Source of the DNA: Stramenopiles sp. TOSAG23-6
Lineage: Eukaryota
Assembly (NCBI GenBank): GCA_900128565.1
Contig: LT635942.1
Span: 1-35,938, forward strand
Reading direction: 5' to 3'
DNA: 35,938 nucleotides
A program made the position numbers and the translations under genes. The stretch's first letter is position 1; every line of letters begins with the position of its first letter. Shown piece by piece: positions 1 to 13,100 of this stretch. The notes beneath the pieces were generated by a model. The model was given only the letters and a program-made list of their open reading frames with translations, ran no database searches and was not told where the DNA came from.

Positions 1-1
1 G

Positions 2-1132
2 AAAGAGTGTTCGAATCAGTCTATCTTGAAAGGAATTACGGGATACATAGAATATGCGGCAAACAATGTTGAAACCAACACTAGTATTAAATGTGGTGCC
101 AAGTGTATATCTACAACGACCTGTGTTGGGTTCGGCTTCGGTGTAGGGAGTTCCGAGGCTGGGAAATGTACTTTATATCCGGGTTATTGTCAGTTTGCGG
201 ACAATAACAATTGGGATCAATATCATGCCGTTTCGAAACTTCCAAGAACCAAAGCATTACTTACAAGTTTTTTATCGTGGAAGTTTTCGAATTGTCTTGC
301 TGCGCAGACCTGGTCAACATTATTTACAAAGCCTTATGCGGCAGAAGATGCCTTGATATCTGGAAAAGAATATCATTATGTCCCTTTATCAGAGTATGAT
401 GTCATAAGTGGCCCAGTGATAGGAGACACGATGACTAAGCATCCTGCCGAGGTTGTGATGAAAGCTCCACTCTGTCAAGGTGGAGTGTGGAGATTGGAAA
501 CTCCTAATCTTGTTGCTGTTCGGCAATATTTTATTAATGATCTTGAACTTATGGGTTCTGGACTAAGTGTTGGTGAGTATATACACGAGTATATACATAA
601 AAAGGATATAAACCCAAACACAAATCTTATGTGGAGCGGTAAACATGTTGACCATGACGGTAATATAGCAGGTGTACATCAAAAAAAATTTAAGATCTTA
701 GGATGGAGTTTAAATTCGTCAACTGGCGATGTCAACTCTTCGAGAAATCCAATTTATTTTTATCGCGATGGCACTAAATTTACATTTGAAAACAGTCTTG
801 GTTTTACCGACAATACACCTGAAATCCCTGTAGGTTACCAAGTGTATATGGCGTTTGCTGTTCCAAAGGAATTATCCGCCAAAATTCCGGATATGTTCAC
901 AACATGTTCAAAATCATCATTACTGCCGTTTACCTGGGGGGTAGGTCAAAATCTTGGACGCCGTGTTGGTAGTTTTGGGCCTTTATTTTTACCAGAAGGA
1001 TCTTCATTGATTACAGACACTCGAAACTGTGATAGTGATTGCCGAGAATTGACATTTACTAAATCAGTAAATGGAAAATTTTCTCTCGGTGACGAAATTT
1101 GTGAAAAGGCGTCATGCATGTACGAACCCTAA
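2..1132 (+). CDS. Giant gene segment 1 (PAN/apple domain and Cys-rich region); open at the window edge
   Basis: PAN pattern C-GAKC-xxxxx-C-VGFGF...C-TLY; no stop from position 2 to TAA 1130-1132. Confidence 0.75.
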   Translation, partial: KECSNQSILKGITGYIEYAANNVETNTSIKCGAKCISTTTCVGFGFGVGSSEAGKCTLYPGYCQFADNNNWDQYHAVSKLPRTKALLTSFLSWKFSNCLAAQTWSTLFTKPYAAEDALISGKEYHYVPLSEYDVISGPVIGDTMTKHPAEVVMKAPLCQGGVWRLETPNLVAVRQYFINDLELMGSGLSVGEYIHEYIHKKDINPNTNLMWSGKHVDHDGNIAGVHQKKFKILGWSLNSSTGDVNSSRNPIYFYRDGTKFTFENSLGFTDNTPEIPVGYQVYMAFAVPKELSAKIPDMFTTCSKSSLLPFTWGVGQNLGRRVGSFGPLFLPEGSSLITDTRNCDSDCRELTFTKSVNGKFSLGDEICEKASCMYEP

Positions 1133-4100
1133 AACCTATGTTAATATTGAAACAGGCGAATGTTCTGATAATGGTAATGTATGGAACAAAAAGAGGTGTT
1201 GTGATACAAAAACGTGTAGTGTTTCAATGCTAAATTCTGAAAATTTAGATGCGATTGCTTCAGTCCTCGTACGTTTTAATATTGATTCTATTGATGATGA
1301 TGATAAACCAACATTTGGGACAACTACTGGGACCAAAATCGAGAGAAGTTCTGGTGATTTAGAATCCAGTTGTAATGCTTCAAAGGAAAAATGTGCAGAT
1401 CCATTGTTTAGAACAAAATGTGCAGCATCATGTTGTGAAAACGAAGATGCTGGCGAATATGTTCAGGCTTCATTTGAATCGGAAAGACTAGTGGGATCAA
1501 TTAGTGTTGCAATACTGTCATCATCCTGGAAATGCGACGAAACAAATCAAATTGCTGTACAGTATTCCAACGAGGGGCTTCCTTCATCAACATGGATAAC
1601 AGTGGCAACATTAGCAAGTCGTCTATCAAAACTATCTAATTCTGGAGATTCGCGAAAAACAACCGTTGTTTTTAAAACTCCAGTTTCTTCAAAACATTTT
1701 CGTATATTTATGACAGCAACACCTATTGGTTGTCCGCCATCTCACCCATACGCTATTGCTTGGAAAAGCACAAGTAAAGCGCGGTGTTACGAAAAGAATG
1801 ACCAATATAGTGAAGTATGTCGATATACTGGAAGCTCGCCTGCTCCTAAGGGTACTACTTGGGCTGACAATCAAGTTACATGTCCACCTTCGCAACATAT
1901 CGATTCCATCAAATTAAAACTTGGTTCGATGGTTTTTCTTCCTCCAGGTGAGGCAAGCAGAAATGTTTTGTATAAACGTTTTGTTACAATAGAATTGAAA
2001 AACTCTATCAAACTGACAAGGAAAGATATTGTAGAACAAACTTTATCTGGTGCATCTGGTGTTGTTGTTCACTCACGAACAGGTACGATTCATTATTTGG
2101 AATTACTTGGTCGTGCAGAATTTATTCCAACACTTAATATTTCTGTAAGTGGTGTCGATAAGGGAGAAATTGTTTTTGTTGTAAATGATTGTGGTCATGA
2201 TCAGGTGCTCTTACCCAAAACGGCATCAATGAATGTGTCTTGTGACGCAATTTCTCAATGTATTGATCATTGTGATTCCAATCAAATGTGTGCTGGTGTT
2301 TCGTACAATTATGATGAGGGTAAATGTTATATCAGAACATCAGTAAATGATGGATCATCAATCATTCATCGTTCGCCAATTTTTAGTACAACGCCTTGTC
2401 CGGAGGGCACATTTTACGGTGAATATTACCAAAGTAACAACTTGTCAGGTAGTATTGACTGGGCAGGTTGTGAAGACAAACATAACGAAAAAACGAGGCA
2501 ATCAGTAAATTATATGAAGATATCATCTTCTGGTGTAACATGTGGCGGCACAGCCTTAAAAATGTAACTATTTTTCATACGATACCAACAAAAGTTGTGA
2601 CCTTTTCAAAGAGTGTAGATCTAGAGATTGGAAAAAATTTTCAGGGACATATCTCTATTTTTTAGGAGGTATATATTATAGAGATAATTACACTGAACGG
2701 TCTTTTTCCAATCATGTTCTAAGTGGCCACAAATATTTGAACAAGTTCTCTGTGTGTTACACTGGAGACATGATGATAGAAAGTGGTGTATACAAATTTA
2801 TAGTTCAAGCTGATGATGGCTCACGTTTATGGCTTGATGGCAAAATCATTCATGATCAATGGAATAGATGCTGCCGAACTTGGACAACATATGGTATTGA
2901 AATTGTTGGTGGAATGCATACTATCAAAGTTGAAATGCAAGAGTATGGTGGAAGAGCTTATATCAATTTTAAATGGGAGCCAGACACATCTCAAAAAAAT
3001 TCTTCAGTAAATGTACAAAGTGATCCTTTTCAGTGCTTTGCAAAGCGTTCGCATAATGTTAATATACACACATCTACTAGAGAATCATGGGAACCTGTAT
3101 TTGCTTCTATTCCTCAAGACTGTCAAAGTTCTGGGGGGTGTGCAAATGGACAGATTGCTGCAGTAAAATGGATTGAATCTGATACTGGCTACAAAGATCT
3201 TGCAATTTTAAATGAGCAACAACTCTCTCTCGAGAAGTGTAAAGAAGCATGCTACAAACGAGGAATAAAAAGTGGATGTAAAGGAATTTCATATCACAAA
3301 AAAGGCTGGGGATGTATCTTAGAGTCATTTACAGTTGATGATACGAATGAAAAACCAAGTACTAAAGCAACATGTAAACAAATTTCAGGTGTGTTGTGTA
3401 CGTCTGCTGGTGCTAACAAAACAACGTGTACTAGTTTAGGTAGTGGTTGTTCATACGATGATAAAAATAGTAGTTGCATAAATTCATGTACAGGACACAC
3501 AGACAAAACGTCTTGTGAAAATGCATCAAAAAACTGTTTTTTTTATGCTGCTGGAGATATAAAAACACTGGTGATATCTGTTGTTACTGGAAATACAATA
3601 AATAATACAGTAGTGTCTCTAATTGCATCGCAAAATGGGAGGTTAGATGAAGAGATTGTATCGGGGACGTTCGATAGTACTGGATATGCAGATCTCAATA
3701 AAAGTTCATACACAAATCTACAAAATGGTACGTCATCGTTAGTGGCTTTGGTAAACGATACAGATGTAATTGAAGTTGTTGGCGCAGGAAAACAAGAATT
3801 GAATGGAATATATATTCGTGATTCGTCTACTTCATATAAACTCGAGACTGATTTAGGGCTAAACTATTATATCCAAGAATCGAATAATCATTGGCAATTG
3901 GTTAAAAAAAATGCGGGAAAGGTAACGAATATATTTTATTTTGCAGAGCGAGCAAAGATTCCGCATGACGTAAGATTGCCTCCCGAGTCTGGCTGGTCAA
4001 AGAATGGAATTAACGGCATTGCAGATGGAGAAGGTGACTGGCCTGCACCGCGACTTATTCATGAGATCCTAACGTCAAAACAAAATGTGGACATTGATGT

Positions 4101-7100
4101 TATTAGTCATTGGGTTCATTGTGGCACTGAACATAGTGCAGAAACATGCAATTGTCCTGGGGGGTATGTTCGTTATGGAGCTTTTAATCGTTCACCTGTT
4201 TGTGCTAGCAAGACATCTATCGATTCTTCTGATTGTGTCTCAAAATTCGGTAAACAAGATTGTCCCTGTATTTATGTTGAAAAATCAGTACGGTGTAATA
4301 ATGGAACTTTTGGTGACCCTTGGGGTGGTATTGGAAAGACGTGCCAGTGTAATACATCACACTTACTTTCAGCAGACTTTTATTTTCTTGTATCTGACAA
4401 TGTTCCAGAGGCAGCGGGGAAATCATGTGCTGTTGGTTCAGTAATTAGTACGACTACTTCGTACAGTCTTGTAGGCCAGTGTGCTGTATTATGTAGAAAC
4501 ACTAAAGATTGTCGGTATTTTGTGTTTTCTGGTAATGTGGGTTCCAAGGCATGTTCATTATTTTCAAGTTGTCCTCAGAACGAGTGGTATACTCCAGGAT
4601 ATCCAAATACAAAAATGTATCGTCTAAAAAGTGAATTAGAAGTAAAATCTTTGACATGTGAATATCCTTTTGATGTTGCCACGAGTGCAGGTAGACGCCT
4701 TACTCGTATCAGTGATGGTGTGTGTAATGGTGTTCCAGTGAAAACTGTAAAAGATACAAGTATTACAGCCTGTGAAAGTGAATGTGTTAATACTAATAAT
4801 TGTGTAACAATTTCCTTCTGTCCAAAGGAATCTGTGCTCTGTACTGGTAATCATGCTGGATTGTGTAACCTATATTTAGCAAATCAATGTTCATTTGTAG
4901 ATTTCGTTACCGTCGGAAATTCAGGATATGTAACATTTTCGATGGACAAATCGAAGGAAGATGTCACCCCAACAAAGTTATATGATTTATATACAGGGAA
5001 TGGCGCAGTAGCTTTTTCTGGTGTTGATGACCAGAACTTGAACTTTGTTGTTTCTGTACCCTCTGAATTGTGTACAACGGGTACAACAGCAACAACTGTT
5101 GATTCGGGTACAGTGTGTTGCTCATCTACGTGTGGAAATAAAATATCTACTATTAGATGTAGTGGGTCAAATTATACACCTGGTACTTACTCGGGTATAA
5201 AAGCAAAAGATGTACAATCGAGTACTAATGGTACGAAGGCCTCATTTGATATTACAGTAGACAAAGATGGAAATATTTCAGTTTGTGAAATCAATAATGC
5301 GGGTATAGGTTATGAAAAGAATGATGTAATTCAATTTGAAACAAATAATATTGGTACATCTGGTGGTCGTGATGAAGTCACTGTCACATCTGTTGCTGGT
5401 ATATGTTCCCAAGATTCAACTTGTTCGACTCTTATTGGTGGGGCAAATTCGTGCTGTCCTACTACCATAAAGAATAATAACGTAGAGTGTACGACATCGA
5501 CTCAAAGCTCATGTGTCTTACCTCAAAGCTACAATAATTGTGGTGGTGAAGGTATAAAAAATATTACTTTTCGATCACTTGTGTCTACGAATGCCAAAAT
5601 TAGTCTTCAAGTTCAAGTCAATGGTGTAACATTACCAAAACCCATTACAGCTAAACCTGCACCCGTAGGTACACTTAATGAAGGTGATCTTTCGTGGGAG
5701 TCTTTGATGATCAAGGGAACACTTCGTGTAGGTACTAATACCATTAGTGTGAAAATTGATCCTTCTACTTTATTTTCTTCGGATGCAATTGCAGGAAAGT
5801 TAGATGGACAAGCATTTGAGACAAAAACAAATACAAGATTGCTTCATTGTATGAAAGCGTGTAGAGAAAAAGCTAATTGTATGAGTATTAACCATTCAGA
5901 TGACAATAAATGTGAACTCAATAATCAGGTGATTGGCAAATGTAATACCTGCAATAAATATTCAACAGAGGGTTGGTCGTATTACGCAAAGTATCCTACT
6001 GGTATTGCTATTGATAGTGTTGTCATTTCAGGATGGCCGTCAGATCTACCACGGCCAGATTTTCAAAATACATTTACAAAATTCTCGCAATCAAGGTGGA
6101 TTATCAAACGTCTATTGGCTCCCACTGGCGGTGATGCACTTCAAACAGGGACTCTTTCAGTACTGAAACAGAAATGTGTCTCCAATTATTTCAACAGTAA
6201 AGTATGTACATCTATTTCTTGTGATATGAAAACTAAAGATAGTGCTTTAGTGTTAGATATTGATGATTGTACAGCATGGTATGGTGTTAAAGAATGGGTG
6301 AAGTCTGATCTAGTAATATCCTTTGTATTGCGTTATTCTGAAGATTTTTTCGAACCATTTGAAGGCAATGGCAAATGTAGCGGTAGTAATGATGACCAAG
6401 TTCAGCTTACACCATACTATGTACTACCTGCCCCTGAGCGAAGTCTAGATGAATGCAAAGAAGTTTGCTTACAGTATGAATTATGCGTTGGGATATCATA
6501 TGCCGATTTTGCCGATGTTTCTGGAACACCTGCCATTTGTGAAATTGCCATTCTTGAACTTGATACTGGTAAGCCTCCGGATGAAATTGAAGGTCTTCCT
6601 TTATTTGGGGCACAATCTTTTATGACAGGCTCTTCTGGGTCTAATTCGTGTAGTAAGGGCACAAAAACAGACAAAAGTGGTGACTATTCTAAGTTCCAAG
6701 CATACAGATTATGCAGTGATAGAAATTTAAAACTTCAATCAGATTTAACTCCTGAAACAGAACATTTATGTTCTACGTCAGAAAAAGCACGGAAATCTTG
6801 CTTCCCATTGACTGGAGCATCATACAATGCCCCCAAAAAAAACAAAAGCCCCATACCCACTTTCTATATCAATTGATGATGAAGGTCTTCTTGCAACAAA
6901 ATTATCAGTCAACGATACGATCACGATTTCGGGATTGACGTCTACTACGCCAAAGATGAATGCGCCTGCAATATTTGTATTGATCTCTATCACGGTGACT
7001 GGTGAAGATCACGGCGCTACTTCAAATATTGTACTTATGGGTGTTTCAACTACTGGTGAGGGTTCTGGTACTGTATCGAATGGTGCTTTTATTTGTAGAC

Positions 7101-10100
7101 AATCGTATTCCAGTGTATTTTATGCAGGAGGTGTACCACAGCCAACAAGCTACCATAATGACGGTGATTTGCATATTCTAAGTTGTAGAACGGACTATAC
7201 ATTATGTTCAAATAGACCGCCACTTCCTCTGGGTGGTTTTGCTTCTTTCGGAGAAACAGAAGAATTGGAGTTTACATATTTATCTACGTCGAGTTCTGCG
7301 GGACCTTCTGGTATACCTCTTGGTGATTCTGGATATACAATGACAGCTATTGTCAAGTTTTCAATGACATCTGATGATAATTACCGTACAATAATGGCAT
7401 GGGGAAAGTCGGAGACGAATAATATGCTTAATTCTTTACACATGATGATTGGTACATCAGGAGAAACAGAGACAGAAGTATTAAATTCATGGTGGGGTAG
7501 TGACATTGCGATTCCATTCAGGAATCTTGAACCAAATATGTGGCATCACATAGGTGCTACATATGACGGTGTAAAACAAAAGTTATATGCCAATGGTGAA
7601 CTTATTGCAGAAAAGGTACAAAGTCAACCTCCAAACATAAGCAATGATTTTTTTATGTTGGGTATGATGCCTGGTGGATCGAAAAAGGGTTTTATTGGTG
7701 ATATGAAGCGAGTAGGAATATGGAGCACAGCTCTCACAAGCACTCAAATTAAATTAGATCAAAATCTTGGTAGTGATTTTTCACCACCAGGCATTGACAT
7801 GGTGTTGATGGATGTTACTAATTGTGGTCTCAAAACTACTTCTTCTACATGTGCAAATGAAAAGGGTTGTTCTTGGGTAAATTCGCCGAAAATAATTACG
7901 GGTTTCATTATTTCTATTTCGCCCTTGATTACATTCGATGCATCAAGCTCGTCAATTGTTCTGAAAAAAACGAATGAAATTGTTGTGTCTTCTTTTGAAT
8001 ATGTAGCATTATCTAGTGCAAAAAAAGCGGTTTACAGTAATGGTACAGGATTGGCTGTAGGAGGATTAAAGCCGGGTGACACATATTGGATTAAGAGTTC
8101 TGGAACCGAAAATAGAATTACTGTTCACACAGCACAGAATGCATCAAACTCCAATATTGTATCCTTGACGTCATATGGAACACACGAACATTCCTTTTCA
8201 ATGGGTGGAAATAATTATACAAATGCTTCTATTGTCTTTACAGGTGTCGAAAAATGTAATGTACTCCCAACAGCTGTATTTAATGTAAAGTCTTGCACGG
8301 CAGATGAAAAAAAGGAAGCTGGAAACGACTGTGGTGCTATTATTGATGTCACGGTCACAAATCCTGGTCAGTGTACTATCATGCCTGTCGCATCTATCGC
8401 GCCTTCAAACTCTGGCACATCTGCATTTCTCATTATAAAGTCAGGATATGCAGCTGGTGTAGCTGTATCTGCGTCATGTGTAGCTACTTATGATCGTGTT
8501 CTGATGAGTGATGGTGTTCTTGCTTGGAAAGATTTTATGAATGATTCACATGCGGATAAATATAAATACACAGAAGTTCCCGATTCCTTAATTGGTGGTA
8601 TCTTATTTCGTGGTTTATATGATGGTTATCCAGAGAATTCAGTTATAACTATATCATCGACTGATGCATTAGAATTGTTTATATTCTGCGAAGAACAAGG
8701 AGATAATCCTAAAGATGGTGGTTTCATCACAAGTTTACCTAGCGCGGGATTTACTAAAGTAATTGGTGGAGGACCTAGGTGGACAAATACTGCAGCAACA
8801 GTAGGAAATATATTGGGTATGTATAGTAAAGTATTTGAGCCTGGTATGCATGTACCGATTCCAAAATTAACTAAAAAAAGTAGTCGATTTGGAATTGTTG
8901 CTAAATATTATTCTGCGAAAGAAGCTGCAGCAAATGCGTCAAAAGTAACATACTGTAGGGCTACTGAATGTTCAACGTGTTCACAGACGCGTTGCGGAGG
9001 TGCATGCACTTGGGTTTTATGTCCAAAGGGTTATTCACCAGATCTTCGTGCCTCAAGTGGAAAAGGAGATCGATGTAAGCGAGCGGATGGTAATCATTTT
9101 GTATGTCCTGCAGGTTGTAAACCAGTGTGTGATCCAGTAAAAGACGATCCATTGGGAAAGTCTTGTGCGACATTAGATTGTAAAACAAATGATTCATCTG
9201 GGAGTAATTGTGATACTAGTAAGGATAATGGATGGTGTGAAAAATCATCGTATGCTATGTTCATGAAAGAAACCGATCAAAATAGTGTATTATTATCAAA
9301 GTACAGCGAACTCAAAGAAGTTGATTGTGTCGAGCGTGGTGGCACATACACAATAGTAGCGCGTACAAATGAAGATTATTTTCCAGATGGAGAACCATCT
9401 GTAGGCAATTTGTGTTCTTCAGCTTTGATTTCAATTTCTGGTGTTACATCAACACCCTCAAATTTGGGTGACGAGAAAGAAGCAGTTCACTATGAACCAA
9501 CTGGGCGTATTACATGTAAAATAACTTATGCAGAAGCTAAAGATTATGCTTATGCATGGTTCTATGTAGGCTTTGCACCTGAAGTGAATTATGATATCGA
9601 AATGAAATTGCGAGGAACATTTTTACCATTTTGTGATGCATTTAGTGATTTGTCACCAATCTATTTATGGGGAAATGGCGGTGTTGGTGCTCAACAAGGT
9701 ACTGTCGGTGCATATTGGCATGGTTCCACTAGTGACGGAGGAGGTTTTGTTTGGGGGGATTTTCAGACATCAAAAACGTGGGAAGTAGAATTCGATGACT
9801 CCTACAGTCTTAGTCAATATGGACCTCAAGTATGGGGACAAGCTTGGAACACACAATCTTTAGGATCTAAACCAACTTTGCACTTGAAGGCAATATATAC
9901 ATCTACTATTAATAGTGAAGTACATTATTTACTAGCTGGAGATGGGAAATCTGGATTCAAGTATTCATCGTATAAAAAAAAAGAAAGCGAATGGGTGATT
10001 GAGTATGAAAATTTATTACAACCTGAGTCTGTTGTATATTTTCGACGTAAGTATGCTGTAGATGGTGTTACACCCACAAAAGAAGGCGATGTAGGCTCTT

Positions 10101-13100
10101 ACCTCAGATCCGATACTTCCCCAGGGGGTATCATTCAATTCAGTGGTAAAATAGATGAAGCGAAATGGGTAATACAATATGGTAAAAAACAAATTTTGCC
10201 ATTCACTTCATGTACGGATAACGTGAAGAATGGTACAATTGGACAAATTCATACACCCGAGGAAGGAATTGATTGTGGTGGTTCTTGCCAACCATGTATG
10301 TATACTCCTATTTCTAAAACATGCCCTGATGTTGCTGATTCAAGGAAATATAATAAGGACAAGGCACCTACGGAAGTGGCGTGTCGTAATTTTTGTACAT
10401 TGGAAATAGCGTGTCATTATTATTCATATTTTTCAGTCCCTAAACAACCGGGTAATATCACATGTCGCACATGTAAGGAAAATGCCGTTCTAATTAGTGG
10501 TGGGGGTTCAAATCATAAGAAGAAGATTGGTCAGCCGACACAATTAGGTATTCAAATTGTTCCTTCTATTATTGCATCTGTCTTGGATGCGTCAAAGGCT
10601 GTCGTATCGACTATTACTGCCCAGCTAACAATTACTTGGCCTGATCCTAGGTATGGTTTAAGGCTACTTGCCATTGGTCCTGCTGTTTTTGGACAATTAA
10701 AAGTCCCAGATACTGCGGCACTACCAGAAACCTTTTCGTTTCCATTTGCAACAATTACAGCGAAATCTGAATTACAAACTATAGATATAAATGCTCAAGT
10801 GAAATTGCAAGCGGGGCATGAAAAGACTGCTAACATATTTGTGCCACGTAATAAAATTTGTTCATTTAATCAAAATGACGCAATTGCTAATGGTCAAGTA
10901 TATGAAGTCAATATTCCTGGTGGTAGTAGAAGTGGTGTATTTATTGTGCCTATCCCAGCAGATACAACTTTTGTACATTGTACTCGTGATGAATGTGTGG
11001 ATCATGGCTCAATTGCAAAGGCAAAATCAGCATGTTTAGCTATGGGAGATAGCCAATGCGGAGGTATTTCTATTATTTGGCAAGATGGGCTACGTAAGTA
11101 TCAAACAAGATGGTCTACACAAGTATCCTCTGTAACTAAAAGTAAGGACGGTGCAACATATGTTGTGCACTGGCGAACGTATGCTATTGATGGTCTAAGA
11201 ACGACATGCTCTGGATTTAAAAAAAATACATACATAACTACATTTGAAGATTGTCGAGATAAATGTACGATGGATTATCATACTACAGATACTCAAAAAG
11301 ATAAGTGTATATATTTTCAATGGGAAGATTTTACCTCAACTTGTAAATTAGCTACGGAATCACAATGTTCTTCGAAAAATTCAGATCCATATATACATGA
11401 CTGTGGGAAAGAGAGTTGCACAGGTAATAATTCAAAATGTGGACATCAAAGTTTTTCATGGAAGTGGATGTCGTATAGAGAAAGACAGCTTGCTTGTGTA
11501 CCGAGTTCATGCACTGGATCTTCATGTGATTGTAAATTTACCGCGAATGAATCTTGTATAGCAAAACAAAATACAGCAACTCTTTTTAAAAGTGGAAATT
11601 TTAAAGTAGGAGAAGCAGGAACTCCAACTGTGAGTAATCTCTACAAACCTTGTAGAGAATGTGACAAGTTAATATGGTCAAAATTTTGCACAGATTGCCG
11701 TGTTGCATATGATTCGAGATACTATGGCGCACAATTCAATGATCATAGCCCCCAAAATGTAGTCACAAAGAGAAAATGTATGGAGAGATGTGAGAATGAA
11801 GGAGACTGTGTTGCTATAGAATTTGTTACACCAAAAGATGTTCGTGGGACAATCTTTGATGTCCTTAAAAATTTTGATGATAAGGCAGATAACGTTCCGT
11901 GGACACTTTCTTTTAGCCAGTTAAATAATGAAAGTCTTTTTACTTTTGGATTTGCACAAGCAATTAATGTAGGTAAAGCTGATACTATCACACAGGGGAC
12001 TTCCACAGGGGCAATTTATAGCGATGTTGCTAATTCGCAATTTCATGTTGTACATGTAACTAGCGGGACTTTTAATCTATCTGACAGTGTAGTAGTAAAA
12101 AAGAGTGGCTCCCAAATAACAAGTTCTCTGATATCCGTGACAAAAATGTTAATGAATAATCAAGAATCTTTAGTAGACGATGACATGAGTAATACAAGTT
12201 CTCCTTTGTACATATCTCGGAAAATATCATCATCTGTTTCTGTTGTTTCAGTGCCCAATGATGGAACACTTGCATATATACAAGCAAATTTCCCTCATTT
12301 TGTATCCGTTACGAAAGTGAGTATAAGTGCGAGCCTAGATAATTTGTCTGAAACAAATGGTGCTACTGCTGGCGATGTTAGCCTTCAATATTACGATGAA
12401 TTTAGTGAAACACCTGCGTGGAAACAAATAATAAATATTACATCTGTCGTCAAAGACGCAGTCAAAGATTTCACATTTTCGGTGGTTCGAGCAAAACAGT
12501 TTAGAATACAGAATAAACAAATAAGGGATTCATCATCGCATCCTACCAAATTAAGTCTTGGTACTTTGATATTTTCTAGTACAAATGATGTTGGACCAAA
12601 AGCTGCATTTGTAGCATGGGATTCCAATGCGAGTGGAACTTTATCTCAAGATGAATTGTTGGCCGGTGTAAATGAAGTACGTACGTTATATACATGGTCA
12701 CCTGCCTTAACAACGCCAATTGTTGATGCAAATGTTGTGTCCGCGTGGATTTTGCATTCGAATAATTCAAATTTCAGCTCTATGGATGCGCTCAATAAGT
12801 ATGTGAATGACGCTTACCAGGAATTATATCCAATGTGTATGTTATACAAAAAACATACAGCAAATACAGTGGAGCTCTCTGTGAATTCCAGTAAGGGTGA
12901 ACTTACAGATAGCAGTTCATTTTCACCGAATGAAAAGGCATCTACATTTACTGCACATCATTTTGAACAATTTGGGGATTTCATCATTCCTTATGATACA
13001 AGTATATACACTCTTTCTCGCAATCGTAATGAACAATACGAATGTGTAGATATCTCATGGGTTTCATCTACGTCAAGCAAGACGTGTGCTAATGTAGTGA

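Noticed and set aside
2564-2650. Possible intron GTAACT...GGACAT with a TTTTTCATACGA motif at the second frame break
   Set aside because: 87 nt would not fix the frame, and the region translates as a good PAN C-terminal half.
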